Shown: positions 1-8,818 of the stretch, piece after piece | How the letters are laid out: each line of letters opens with the position of its first letter | Position numbering within the stretch: the first letter of the stretch is position 1 | Source: Kiritimatiella glycovorans | GTDB taxonomy: Bacteria; Verrucomicrobiota; Kiritimatiellia; Kiritimatiellales; Kiritimatiellaceae | Length of the DNA stretch: 32,000 nucleotides | Direction of reading: 5' to 3' | NCBI RefSeq assembly: GCF_001017655.1 | Contig: NZ_CP010904.1 | Span: 2,010,001-2,042,000, forward strand | Notes under the pieces: model-generated | What the model saw: only the letters and a program-made list of their open reading frames with translations | Databases searched by the model: none | What the model was told of the DNA's origin: nothing | Program-made: the position numbers and the translations under genes

Positions 1-899
1 AGCACCTGCCCGCGCTCCACCTGGTCCTTCTTGACCCCGCGCAGGAGGCAGCCGATGTTGTCGCCCGCCTGTCCCTCGTCGAGGATCTTCCGGAACATCT
101 CCACGCCCGTGACCGTCGTCTTCTGCGTATCGTGAATGCCCACGATCTCGATGTCGTCGCCGGTGTGCACCATGCCGCGTTCGACGCGACCCGTGACGAC
201 CGTTCCGCGACCCTCGATCGAGAAGACGTCCTCGATGGGCATCAGGAAGTCCTGGTCCACGAGGCGCTCGGGTTCCTCGATAAACGAATCCAGCGCGTCC
301 AGCAGCTCCTGGATGCACTTGGTCTTCTCTTCATCCGTGGGATTCTCCAGCGCCGGCAGCGCGGAACCGCGGATGATCGGCGTGTCGTCGCCCGGGAACT
401 CGTACTTGTCGAGAAGCTCGCGCACTTCCAGCTCCACGAGATCCAGCAGCTCCTCGTCGTCCACGAGGTCGCACTTGTTCAGAAACACCACGATCCGCGG
501 CACGCCCACCTGGCGCGCGAGCAGAATGTGCTCCCGGGTCTGCGGCATCGGTCCGTCCGCCGCGCTCACCACGAGCACCGCGCCGTCCATCTGGGCCGCC
601 CCCGTCACCATGTTCTTCACATAGTCCGCATGGCCCGGGCAGTCGACGTGCGCGTAGTGCCGGTTATCGGTCTGATACTCCACGTGCGACGTGGCGATCG
701 TCAGGATCTTCGTCGCATCGCGACGACCCTGAGATTCGGAAGCCTTCGCCACCTGGTCGTACGTGATGGACTCCGCCATGCCCTTGGCGCCCTGCGCCGC
801 GGTGATCGCCGCCGTCAGCGTGGTTTTCCCGTGGTCGACGTGACCGATGGTCCCGACGTTCACGTGAGGTTTTGTCCGCTCGAATTTCTCCTTAGCCAT
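1..899 (-). CDS. tuf: Elongation factor Tu, N-terminal ~299 codons (gene runs off the left window edge)
   Basis: Minus-strand translation from the ATG (complement of 897-899) reads [32 protein letters not shown]...[12 protein letters not shown]...[12 protein letters not shown]...[13 protein letters not shown]. These are the canonical G1, G3 and G4 GTPase motifs of EF-Tu. It is not in the supplied ORF track because it is open at the edge; track ORF 132..974(+) is its antisense shadow. Confidence 0.97.
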   Translation of the reverse strand, partial: MAKEKFERTKPHVNVGTIGHVDHGKTTLTAAITAAQGAKGMAESITYDQVAKASESQGRRDATKILTIATSHVEYQTDNRHYAHVDCPGHADYVKNMVTGAAQMDGAVLVVSAADGPMPQTREHILLARQVGVPRIVVFLNKCDLVDDEELLDLVELEVRELLDKYEFPGDDTPIIRGSALPALENPTDEEKTKCIQELLDALDSFIEEPERLVDQDFLMPIEDVFSIEGRGTVVTGRVERGMVHTGDDIEIVGIHDTQKTTVTGVEMFRKILDEGQAGDNIGCLLRGVKKDQVERGQV

Positions 900-944
900 C
901 TCAGGTTCCTCCTGACTCTTTCCGTTCTTTCCTGCCGCTCAACG

Positions 945-1020
<76 letters not shown>

Positions 1021-1254
1021 CGAATCCGACTCGCATCCCGCTTCATGCCCACGTCCGCCCCTGCAGGCCGCCCGCTTTTCCGCAACGGGAGGCCGGGACC
1101 ACACGCGGCTTTACATTTTGTTCCGCCGACGATAAGTGTCTTTTTTCCGATGCGCGACGAAACACAAGCCGCCATCGCCAATAAAGAGCGAAAAACATAC
1201 CTTAATGAGCAAGACTGTCAACCTATAAGACGAAAAAATTGAGGGGAAATTCAG

Positions 1255-2259
1255 ATGATCCGCGAATGCGTCCATAAACTGCTGGCGGGCGAAGCGCTCT
1301 CGGAGCCCGAGGCGTATGAAACCATGGGCGATATCATGGAGGACCGCGCGACGGATGCCCAGATCGGGGCCTACCTCGCGGCGCTACGGCTGCGCGGACT
1401 CAGCTCGCCGGTGTTCGCGGGATCCGCGCGGGCGATGCGCGAACGGGCGGTGCCGGTGGCATCGCCGGACCCGGTGACGGTCGATATCGTGGGCACCGGC
1501 GGCGACGGGTCGCACACGTTCAATATCTCCACCACCGCGGCCTTCGTGGCCGCCGGCGCCGGGGTGACGGTGGCGAAACACGGCAGTTACGGGGTCTCGA
1601 GCCGCTGCGGCAGCGCGGATGTCCTGGCGGAACTGGGCGTGAACATCAAGTATCCGCCCGAGACCATGGAGCGCGGCCTGCGCGAGATCGGGCTGGCGTT
1701 CCTGTTCGCCCCCTCGCTCCATCCCGCCATGAAACGCGTGGTCGGCCCTCGCCGGGAACTGGGTTTCTGGAGTCTCTTCAACGTGCTCGGACCGCTATGC
1801 AACCCGGCCCGCGCGGCCTACGGGGTGCTCGGCGTCTTCCGCCCCGACCTGGTCGCGGTGGCCGCCGACGCCGCGGCCCATGTCGGCGTGCGGCACCTCT
1901 ACGTGGTCCACGGACAGGACGGACTCGACGAAATCAGCACCACGGCCCCCACCTTCGTGCGCGAAATCCGCGGCGAACGCATCGAATCCTACGAGATCGC
2001 ACCCGCCGCGTTCGGCCTCACGCCCGCCCGCTCCGAGGACCTGGCGGGGGGCGACCCGGCCGTGAACGCGGAAATGATCCGCCAGGTGCTCGAGGGCGAC
2101 AGCGGCCCGCGCCGGGATATCGTGCTGCTCAACGCCGCCTTCGCGCTCGCCGCCGCCGGAAAGGCGGACAGCCCGAAAGAGGCGCTCCCCCTCGCGGCCG
2201 AATCGATCGACTCCGGCGCGGCGATGAGTAAACTGGAGCAGCTCCGGGAATTGAGTTGA
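1255..2259 (+). CDS. trpD: Anthranilate phosphoribosyltransferase family protein (TrpD-like, with divergent anthranilate-site motifs)
   Basis: 334 aa carrying GTGGDGSHTFNISTTAAF (the PRPP-binding GTGGD loop), GSADVLAELG, LFNVLGPLCNPA and DGLDEIS. GAGGGG lies 8 nt upstream of the ATG. The usual KHGNR and G-x-RT motifs read KHGSYG and GFWS (see findings). Confidence 0.8.
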   Translation: MIRECVHKLLAGEALSEPEAYETMGDIMEDRATDAQIGAYLAALRLRGLSSPVFAGSARAMRERAVPVASPDPVTVDIVGTGGDGSHTFNISTTAAFVAAGAGVTVAKHGSYGVSSRCGSADVLAELGVNIKYPPETMERGLREIGLAFLFAPSLHPAMKRVVGPRRELGFWSLFNVLGPLCNPARAAYGVLGVFRPDLVAVAADAAAHVGVRHLYVVHGQDGLDEISTTAPTFVREIRGERIESYEIAPAAFGLTPARSEDLAGGDPAVNAEMIRQVLEGDSGPRRDIVLLNAAFALAAAGKADSPKEALPLAAESIDSGAAMSKLEQLRELS

Positions 2260-2351
2260 GGAACCACGGGTTAGACTTGACCGCGCACGAGGCCGAACCC
2301 AAACTCTTCCACTTTGCGCGAAACAGATACGCACCGCCGGGAGACAGACCG

Positions 2352-3323
2352 TTGAATTACGTGCAACGCGCTTGCGAAATCATCGACACGGAGATTGAAG
2401 GGCTGGAGCGCCTGAAAGCGCGGCTCGACGGCTCGTTCCGCGAGGCCGTGGAGTTGATCCTCGAACGCGTCGCGGCCGGGGGCAAGGTCGTCATTACCGG
2501 CGTCGGCAAGAATACCCATATCGGCCGCAAGATCGCGGCCACCCTGACCAGCGTCGGCACCCCCGCCGTGCCGATGCATCCGATCGAAGCCATGCACGGC
2601 GATTTCGGCCTGCTGTGCGAACCCGACGTGGTGCTGGCGATGAGCTACAGCGGCGCCTCGGAGGAACTGCTGAACCTCATCCCGGCCATCCGGCGCAACG
2701 GCAATCCGATCATCGGCGTAACCGGATTCGCCGATTCCCCCCTCGCCCGGCACGCGGACCTCGTGCTCTCCGTCGAAGTGAACCGCGAGGCGTGCCCGTT
2801 CAATCTTGCCCCGACGGCCAGCACGACCGCCGCGCTGGCTCTCGGGGACGCGCTCGCCATGGTGCTGCTGGAAGCCCGCGGATTCCAGCGCGAGGATTAC
2901 GCCAAACTCCACCCCGGCGGCGCGATCGGACGCTCGCTCCTGCTGCGCGTCTCCGATGTCATGCGCTCGGGCAAACGCCTCGCCCGCGTGCACCGCGACG
3001 CCAGAGTGCGCGAGGCGCTCGTGGCCATGACCGGAGCCCGCTCGGGCTCGCTGGCGGTGGTCGATGACGACGAACGGGTGGTGGGCATCTTTACCGACGG
3101 CGACCTCCGCCGACACCTCGTGGAGACGCCCGACCTTCCCGAACAGCCGCTGGCGGAACTGATGACCCCCGACCCGGTCACCGTGCGCGCGTCGGGGCTT
3201 GCGGTGGACCTGCTGCAGATCTATGAACAACACAATATCGACGACGTGATCGTCGTCGACGACGACGACCGCCTGGCGGGCATGGTGGATATCCAGGACC
3301 TGCCGAAGATGAAGATTCTCTGA
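2352..3323 (+). CDS. kdsD: Arabinose-5-phosphate isomerase (KdsD/KpsF type, SIS domain plus two CBS domains)
   Basis: GKVVITGVGKNTHIGRKIAATLTSVGTPA...HGDFG (SIS domain), then two CBS repeats (VMRSGKRLARV...; LMTPDPVTV...IDDVIVVDDDDRLAGMVDIQDL). The ORF is open from 2256, where it overlaps the trpD stop. I prefer the in-frame TTG at 2352, preceded by GGGAGA, but the exact start is uncertain. Confidence 0.85.
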   Translation: MNYVQRACEIIDTEIEGLERLKARLDGSFREAVELILERVAAGGKVVITGVGKNTHIGRKIAATLTSVGTPAVPMHPIEAMHGDFGLLCEPDVVLAMSYSGASEELLNLIPAIRRNGNPIIGVTGFADSPLARHADLVLSVEVNREACPFNLAPTASTTAALALGDALAMVLLEARGFQREDYAKLHPGGAIGRSLLLRVSDVMRSGKRLARVHRDARVREALVAMTGARSGSLAVVDDDERVVGIFTDGDLRRHLVETPDLPEQPLAELMTPDPVTVRASGLAVDLLQIYEQHNIDDVIVVDDDDRLAGMVDIQDLPKMKIL

Positions 3324-3350
3324 GTACGCCCAACAAAGGAATGACCCATC

Positions 3351-5051
3351 ATGATGCTTGCCCGCTTCCATAAGATCATCCAGTCCAAAGCCGTCTGGAC
3401 GGCGATCTGCATACTTATCTGTATCGCGTTTCTCGGTTTCTTCGCCCCGGGGATGGGCGGCTCGGGAGGCGGCCGGGAACGCTCCCGTGCCGCGGGCGAA
3501 CTGTACGGGAAGGAGATCAGCTCCCGGGAATTCCGCAGCGCCTACCACGACGTGTACCTGCGCTACATCCTGATGTTCGGTCGCGAGCTCAGCATCGACG
3601 AACGCATGGATACGCTCCTCCGTGAGGCGGCCTGGCAACGGCTCGCCATGCTGCGCAAGGCGGACCGCCTCGACATCCGCGCGAGCGACGAGGAGGTGCG
3701 GGCCGCGATCCGGAGCCAGCCGATGTTCCGGGGCGAACAGGGGTTCAACCGCACCCGCTACGACAACTTCGTGAACGCCATGCTCCCCCGGATGGGCTAC
3801 AGCGTCTCGGCGCTGGAATCGCTGTTCCGGGACGAGGTCCGGCTCCAGAAGCTCCGGTTCCGCCCCGCCCTGGCGGCGCTGGTGACCCCGGGCGAGGTAC
3901 GGCAGGCGTTCCACAGCTATGCGGACGAATACGAACTGGAGTATGCGCTGGTCACGACCAATCAACTGGAGGAACCGGTGACCGTGGCGGAGGACCGCGT
4001 CCGCGCGTACTATCAGAATCATGCCGACCGGTTCAAAATGCCGGAAAAGGTCCGCGTGCAGTATGTCCGCTTCCCGGTCGAACCCTACCTGGACGAGGTG
4101 GAGGTCGCGGAAGAAGAGGCTCGCCGCTTCTACGACCGCAACCTGGAACAGTACCGCGCCGAATCCGGACAGGAGGAGGCCTCGACCAACGACGCCCCCG
4201 CCTATCTTCCTTTCGAGCAGGTGCGCGGGGAAATCGAGACGGAACTGCGCCGCCGGCGCGCGCTCAACCTCGCCGCGGATGAAGCCACCGAGCTGGTCAT
4301 TGACCTGACCCCCGGCCGCGAGGGAAAGGCGCCGGCCTTCGAACAGGCGGCGGAGGGCCGCGGCCTCGAAATCCGCACCCTGCCCGCCTTCGCGCGCGAC
4401 GCGGACCTCAAACCGATCGCGTCGGACCGCGCGTTCATCGAAGCGGCGTTCAGCCTGCAGAACACCGCGGACCGCTATTTCAGCGACGCCGTGGCGGGAG
4501 AGGATGCGGTGTATGTCATCGCCCTCGAAAAACGCCTGCCGTCGTTCGTACCGCCTTTCGACACGGTCGAGGCACAGGTTCGGGCGGCGGTACGTCGTGA
4601 AGCGAGACGCGAGGCTCTTGAAGCCAGAGCAGACCTCATCCGAGACCGGGTCGCGGAGGCCGTGTCGGGCGGCAGGACCTTCGCGGAGGCGCTGAAGCCG
4701 TTCGGCCTCACCCCGGAACGCACGCCGCCGTTCAGCCCCATGCAGGGTCCGGAGGACGATCCGCTCGCCCCCTGGCTCAGCACCGCCGCGACGCGCGCGG
4801 GCGAGGGCGAGATCGCTTCGCCGCTGCCCTTCCGCGGCGACCGCTACCTGATCGCCCATGTCGCCGCCTACACGCCCGGCGACGAAAGCGGGACGCTGCC
4901 CGGGCTGCGTCCCGAACTGGTGTCCTTCCTCCGCCGCGACCGGATCAACCGGCTGCTCACGGAGGCGGGCCGCTATACGCTCGAGGAGGCGGGGTTCCGC
5001 GACTACCGCGCCGAGCGCGAGGCGGAAGGCGAGCAGACCGCGGAAGATTGA
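3351..5051 (+). CDS. PpiD/SurA-N-domain-like membrane-anchored periplasmic chaperone
   Basis: 566 aa. An N-terminal TM anchor (AVWTAICILICIAFLGFF) is followed by a SurA_N-like region (ISSREFRSAYHDVYLRY...LLREAAWQRLAMLRKADRL) and a degenerate parvulin-like segment (FIEAAFSLQN...). The assignment is by architecture and motif resemblance only. Confidence 0.6.
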   Translation: MMLARFHKIIQSKAVWTAICILICIAFLGFFAPGMGGSGGGRERSRAAGELYGKEISSREFRSAYHDVYLRYILMFGRELSIDERMDTLLREAAWQRLAMLRKADRLDIRASDEEVRAAIRSQPMFRGEQGFNRTRYDNFVNAMLPRMGYSVSALESLFRDEVRLQKLRFRPALAALVTPGEVRQAFHSYADEYELEYALVTTNQLEEPVTVAEDRVRAYYQNHADRFKMPEKVRVQYVRFPVEPYLDEVEVAEEEARRFYDRNLEQYRAESGQEEASTNDAPAYLPFEQVRGEIETELRRRRALNLAADEATELVIDLTPGREGKAPAFEQAAEGRGLEIRTLPAFARDADLKPIASDRAFIEAAFSLQNTADRYFSDAVAGEDAVYVIALEKRLPSFVPPFDTVEAQVRAAVRREARREALEARADLIRDRVAEAVSGGRTFAEALKPFGLTPERTPPFSPMQGPEDDPLAPWLSTAATRAGEGEIASPLPFRGDRYLIAHVAAYTPGDESGTLPGLRPELVSFLRRDRINRLLTEAGRYTLEEAGFRDYRAEREAEGEQTAED

Positions 5052-5060
5052 GCGCGGGGA

Positions 5061-5690
5061 TCAACCGCAGGCCGCAGCCGTGAGCCCGTCGATGGCCGCA
5101 CCGGGGTCGCGGGCGTTACAGACGGCGCCGATGACGGCGAAGGTGCGTATGCCCGCGGCGCAGATACGGGGCACGGATGCGGCATCCATGCCCCCGATCG
5201 CCACGCACGGAAGCGCGGAGGCGCGGATCAGTTCCGCCGCGCCGGCAACCCCCAGTACGGGATCGCGCACAACTTTGGTGCGCGTCGGAAAGACGGGCCC
5301 CACGCCGATGTAGTCGGCACCGCGCATCTCCGCATCGCGCACCTGGCGCGCGTTGTGCGTCGAGATCCCCATCCATGCGCCGGGATCGGGCCAGAGCCTG
5401 CGCGCCCGTTCCGGATCCATGTCGTCCTGGCCGAGGTGGACTCCGTCGGCCGCGCACTCGCGGGCGAGTTCCACGTCGTCGTTGACGATGAAACGCGTCG
5501 CGCTGTTCCGGGTGATCCGGCGCAGCCTGCGGGCGCACGCGAGCCGCCCCTCCGCGCACTCCCGCACGGGTCGGTACTGCAGCCAGGGCACCTCCCGGGC
5601 CACCGCAGCCTCGGCGCAGGCCTCATATCCCGCGACGGGTTCGGTGAGGATAAGGTAGAGGCCTTCGGAAAACCCGCCCCGCGCCGTCAT
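5061..5690 (-). CDS. thiE: Thiamine-phosphate synthase
   Basis: MTARGGFSEGLYLILTE...FIVNDDVELARECAADGVHLGQDD...GISTHN...ADYIGVGPVFPT.TK...AIGG are typical ThiE motifs. The ATG at 5690 overlaps the thiF stop (ATGA). The longer track ORF (to 5972) is an upstream extension inside thiF. Confidence 0.9.
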   Translation of the reverse strand: MTARGGFSEGLYLILTEPVAGYEACAEAAVAREVPWLQYRPVRECAEGRLACARRLRRITRNSATRFIVNDDVELARECAADGVHLGQDDMDPERARRLWPDPGAWMGISTHNARQVRDAEMRGADYIGVGPVFPTRTKVVRDPVLGVAGAAELIRASALPCVAIGGMDAASVPRICAAGIRTFAVIGAVCNARDPGAAIDGLTAAACG

Positions 5691-6424
5691 GAGGATCTCC
5701 TCCCGCAGACCGGGCAATCCGCGTTCCGCTTTACGGGTAGGCGGCGGAACGACATCTCCGCCAGGTCCATCCTGAGCAGCACGCCGGTCAGCAGCGTCCC
5801 GAACCCGCAGATCAGCTTGATGGCCTCCATCGCCTGCAGCGCACCGAGCACGCCGGGCAGCGGGCCGGGCGGACCGACAGGGCGGTCGTTTCCGTCCGGA
5901 GGCAGTTCGGGAAACACGCAACGATAGCACGGGCTTTCGCCGGGGCGGACGGTCATCACTTCGCCTTCGCACCCCGCCAGTCCGGCATGCACGTAGGGCC
6001 GCCCCAGCCGGTGCGCCTCGCGGGCCAGGATGGCGCGCGGCGCGAAGCGGTCCACCGCGGCAAGCACGACATCGACCCCCTCCATCAATGAAGGCGCCGC
6101 AGCCTCGTCCAGGGCGCGCGGTTCGGATTCGACCCGGATGCCGGGGTTGAGCGCCGCGAGCCGTTCCGCGGCCGCTTCGGCCTTGAGCCGCCCGACGTCC
6201 GACGCCGCGTACAGCACCTGGCGCTGAAGATTACTCTCCTGCACGCGGTCAGGGTCCGCCACGCGCAGCCGTCCCACCCCGGCCGCGGCGAGGTAGAGCA
6301 ACGCGGGGGAACCGAGCCCGCCGGCGCCGGCGACGAGTACGGCAGCGGCGGCGAGCCGCCGCTGCCCCTCCGGCCCGATCTCGGGCAGGTCGAGCTGACG
6401 CCGGTAGCGTGCTTCGAAGTTCAC
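5687..6424 (-). CDS. thiF: ThiF/MoeB-type adenylyltransferase (E1-like)
   Basis: RYRRQLDLPEIGPEGQRRL...VLVAGAGGLGSP...DPDRVQESNLQRQ plus two CxxC pairs (CYRC, CPVC). It sits between thiH and thiE in the thi operon. Confidence 0.85.
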   Translation of the reverse strand: MNFEARYRRQLDLPEIGPEGQRRLAAAAVLVAGAGGLGSPALLYLAAAGVGRLRVADPDRVQESNLQRQVLYAASDVGRLKAEAAAERLAALNPGIRVESEPRALDEAAAPSLMEGVDVVLAAVDRFAPRAILAREAHRLGRPYVHAGLAGCEGEVMTVRPGESPCYRCVFPELPPDGNDRPVGPPGPLPGVLGALQAMEAIKLICGFGTLLTGVLLRMDLAEMSFRRLPVKRNADCPVCGRRSS

Positions 6425-7530
6425 CGGTAGACCGCCTCCCAGTTCTTGAAGACCGGCTCGAGGTTCGCGGCCCGGAGCATCGCGCAGAACTCGTCGATGC
6501 CGCGTCCGTCGCTCACCTCGAACTGCCCCTCGGAGTACTGCGTCCGGCCGCTGTAGCCCCCGACCGTCGTCCGGCTGGCCACGCTCATTTTCGAAATCCC
6601 CACGCCGGCCATGCCGTCGCGCAAGGCGGGGCGCTCCCGGGTGGACAGCACCAGCGGGACATCCGGGAGACAGAGTCGGAAGGCATAGATGAACTGGGCC
6701 AGCTCGCGATCGGACACGGGAAAGTCCGGCCGGAACCCACCCTCCTGGTCGCGGATCCTGGGGAACGATATAGAGATACCGCTGCGCCAGTACTGTTTGC
6801 GGAGCGCCGCGGCGTGCCGGTAGAGCGCGAGCAGATCGTAACGGGGATCCGAAAGGCCCAGCAGAGCGCCGAGGCCCGCGAATCGAAGACCCGCCCGCAG
6901 CGCCCGTTCCGGCGCGTCGAGTCGCGCGCGATAATCCCGTTTCGGCCCCCAGCGGTGAAATCTCTCGTATCGCCCGGGGTCGTACGTCTCCTGGTAGAGC
7001 GTCAGGCCCGAGCAGCCGGCTTCGGCGAGGCCGCGGTATTCCCCGGTTTCCATGGGGAAGACTTCCACATTGACGTTATGGAAATGGCGGGCGGCCCGCG
7101 CGACGCAGTCGCGCACATAGGCGTAGTCCGCGCCGGGACAGCGCTCCCCCGTCAGGAGCAGCACTTCCTCGAACCCCATCGATTTCAGCGCGTCCATCTC
7201 GTCCTCGCTCTGTTCCGGCTCGAGACGATGACGGGGCGCGGCGCGGTCCGAGGCGAACCCGCAGTAGAGGCAGCCGCCGGGACAATGGCTGGAAAGGTAA
7301 AGAGGAACATAGAGCTGAACGGTGCGGCCGAAGTGACGCCGCGTCAGCGCCTGCGCCCTGCGTGCCATCGGTTCGAGCAGCGCCCCGGCCGCAGGCGAAA
7401 GCAGGGCCGCCAGCTCCCGCGGCCCGGGTTCATCCGACGCGAGGGCGCGCATCGCATCCTCGCGGCGTGCTCCGCCGCGGGCCGCAGCGAGCCACGGCCG
7501 CGGGTCGATCTGTTCAGGCACTTCGTTCAT
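6421..7530 (-). CDS. thiH: 2-iminoacetate synthase (tyrosine lyase, radical SAM)
   Basis: The [10 protein letters not shown]... start at 7530 overlaps the thiG stop (ATGA). The radical-SAM cluster motif [10 protein letters not shown] and the C-terminal ThiH region (ISFPRIR...[13 protein letters not shown]) are present. The track ORF extension to 8307 is an artefact inside thiG. Confidence 0.9.
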   Translation of the reverse strand: MNEVPEQIDPRPWLAAARGGARREDAMRALASDEPGPRELAALLSPAAGALLEPMARRAQALTRRHFGRTVQLYVPLYLSSHCPGGCLYCGFASDRAAPRHRLEPEQSEDEMDALKSMGFEEVLLLTGERCPGADYAYVRDCVARAARHFHNVNVEVFPMETGEYRGLAEAGCSGLTLYQETYDPGRYERFHRWGPKRDYRARLDAPERALRAGLRFAGLGALLGLSDPRYDLLALYRHAAALRKQYWRSGISISFPRIRDQEGGFRPDFPVSDRELAQFIYAFRLCLPDVPLVLSTRERPALRDGMAGVGISKMSVASRTTVGGYSGRTQYSEGQFEVSDGRGIDEFCAMLRAANLEPVFKNWEAVYR

Positions 7531-8318
7531 TCGTCCCTGTGCTCCGCCCCGAGAAACGAGGTCAGAGGACTGGTCGCTTCCGCCGAGGCGCCCTGCGCCA
7601 TGAGGCCGGCGCGGCGCGCCGCGCGGCCGGCGCGCACGGCGTCCGCGAAGGCCGCCGCCATCGCGGCGGGGTCCTCCGCCGCGGCGACCGCGCTGTTCAC
7701 CAGTACGGCGTCGCAGCCCGCCTCCAGTGCGGCGGCAGCTTCCGACGGCGCGCGCAACCCGGCATCCACGATGACCGGAATCCGGCTCTCGCGGACGATC
7801 AGCCGCACCATGGCCATCGTCGTCAATCCCTGCCCGGACCCGATCGCGGCGCCGAGGGGCATCACGGAGGCGCAGCCCGCCTCCTCCAGCCGCTTGGCCA
7901 GCACGGGGTCGGCCGCGATGTAGGGCATCACGTGGAAGCCTTCCTTCACGAGCCTTTCCGCCGCGGCCAGCGTCTCGACGGGATCGGGCATGAGGTGGTG
8001 CGGATTGGGATGGATCTCGAGCTTGACGATATCGCTGCCGCTCAGCTCGCGCCCCAGCCGGGCCGCGCGGCACGCCTCGTCCGCGTCCCGCGCGCCGGAG
8101 GTGTTCGGCATCAGCGCGATGCCTTCGAGGGACGCGAGCGGCGCATAGAGATCGTCCTCCGTCTTCTCCCGATTGAACCTGCGCAGCGCCACGGTGATCA
8201 GTTCCGCGGCCGAGGCGCGCACCGCGGCGCACATGCTGTCGCCGTCCGCGAACTTCCCCGTGCCGAGGATCAGGCGCGAACTGAACTTGTGAGGCCCGAT
8301 TTTCCATTCATCCTTCAT
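7527..8318 (-). CDS. thiG: Thiazole synthase
   Basis: [23 protein letters not shown]...[16 protein letters not shown]...[13 protein letters not shown]...[27 protein letters not shown] is a canonical ThiG sequence. The ATG is at 8318. Confidence 0.93.
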   Translation of the reverse strand: MKDEWKIGPHKFSSRLILGTGKFADGDSMCAAVRASAAELITVALRRFNREKTEDDLYAPLASLEGIALMPNTSGARDADEACRAARLGRELSGSDIVKLEIHPNPHHLMPDPVETLAAAERLVKEGFHVMPYIAADPVLAKRLEEAGCASVMPLGAAIGSGQGLTTMAMVRLIVRESRIPVIVDAGLRAPSEAAAALEAGCDAVLVNSAVAAAEDPAAMAAAFADAVRAGRAARRAGLMAQGASAEATSPLTSFLGAEHRDE

Positions 8319-8344
8319 ACGATACGCTCCCTTGACCGGACAGC

Positions 8345-8545
8345 CTACCCGCCCCCGGCGAACACGAGAATCTCGACGCCGTCGCCATCTTCCAGCACGG
8401 TCGAAGCCCGCTCGGCGGAGGGCACGACTTCGCCGTTGCGCAGCACGGCCACACGGCGTTCGGCGGCGCCGAAGGCGCGCACCAGCTCCTCTGCGGTCGC
8501 TCCGTCCTTCATCTCCCACGATTCGCCGTTCACCGTCAGGTGCAT
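8345..8545 (-). CDS. thiS: Sulfur-carrier protein ThiS
   Basis: 66 aa, MHLTVNGES...[10 protein letters not shown], with the diagnostic C-terminal GG. A GGAGGAG Shine-Dalgarno lies upstream. It is the first gene after the TPP riboswitch. Confidence 0.85.
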   Translation of the reverse strand: MHLTVNGESWEMKDGATAEELVRAFGAAERRVAVLRNGEVVPSAERASTVLEDGDGVEILVFAGGG

Positions 8546-8567
8546 GGTCCGCTCCTCCGAAACGCGA

Positions 8568-8597
8568 AAGGGACGCCGTTTAACGGGCGTCCCTTAT
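8568..8597 (-). terminator. Riboswitch expression-platform hairpin (putative intrinsic terminator)
   Basis: On the minus strand, GGGACGCC-CGTTAAAC-GGCGTCCC (8-bp GC stem, 8-nt loop) is followed by TTTCGCGTTTCGG. It lies between the THI-box aptamer and the thiS Shine-Dalgarno. Confidence 0.6.
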
Positions 8598-8599
8598 CA

Positions 8600-8698
8600 T
8601 GCTCCAACGCTCCCTGCGCCGGCATTATCCGGGTCAGGTTCATCGGGTATGATCTCAGCTCTCCGGCCCGCGCCGGGGCACCCCGTTTCAAGTACGCC
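8600..8698 (-). promoter_or_regulatory. TPP (THI-box) riboswitch
   Basis: The minus strand reads GGGGTGCCCCGGCGCGGGCCGGAGAGCTGAGATCATACCCGATGAACCTGACCCGGATAATGCCGGCGCAGGGA. It contains the conserved GGGGUGC, CUGAGA, ACCC, AACCUGA and CCGGAUAAUGCCGGCG.AGGGA elements, directly upstream of thiS. Confidence 0.92.
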
Positions 8699-8818
8699 GC
8701 CGAGGGTAGCTGCCGGAGGCTTCAAAGTAAAGGGCCGACTGCGGATGCGGATCAGCGGGGCGCATCGAAAACCCGTTTACCTGCCACGGTTTCTCTCCTA
8801 CGCTTGTCGCGATGCCGC

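Noticed and set aside
2271-4859. 862-aa ORF on the minus strand, the longest ORF in the track
   Set aside because: It is fully antisense to the well-supported kdsD and ppiD-like genes. It is Arg/Ala/Gly-rich with no recognisable motif. This is the stop-codon-poor shadow frame expected in high-G+C DNA.
5691-8519. N-terminal extensions of track ORFs for thiE (to 5972), thiH (to 8307) and thiG (to 8519). The same applies to murD (to 27972), mraY (to 28952), the four-helix-bundle gene (to 24618), asnB (from 21542) and the Mut7-C gene (from 8540)
   Set aside because: The extensions lie inside the upstream gene or the riboswitch and are Arg-rich and motif-free. In each case an internal ATG coincides with the start of family homology, usually with an ATGA overlap or a Shine-Dalgarno sequence.
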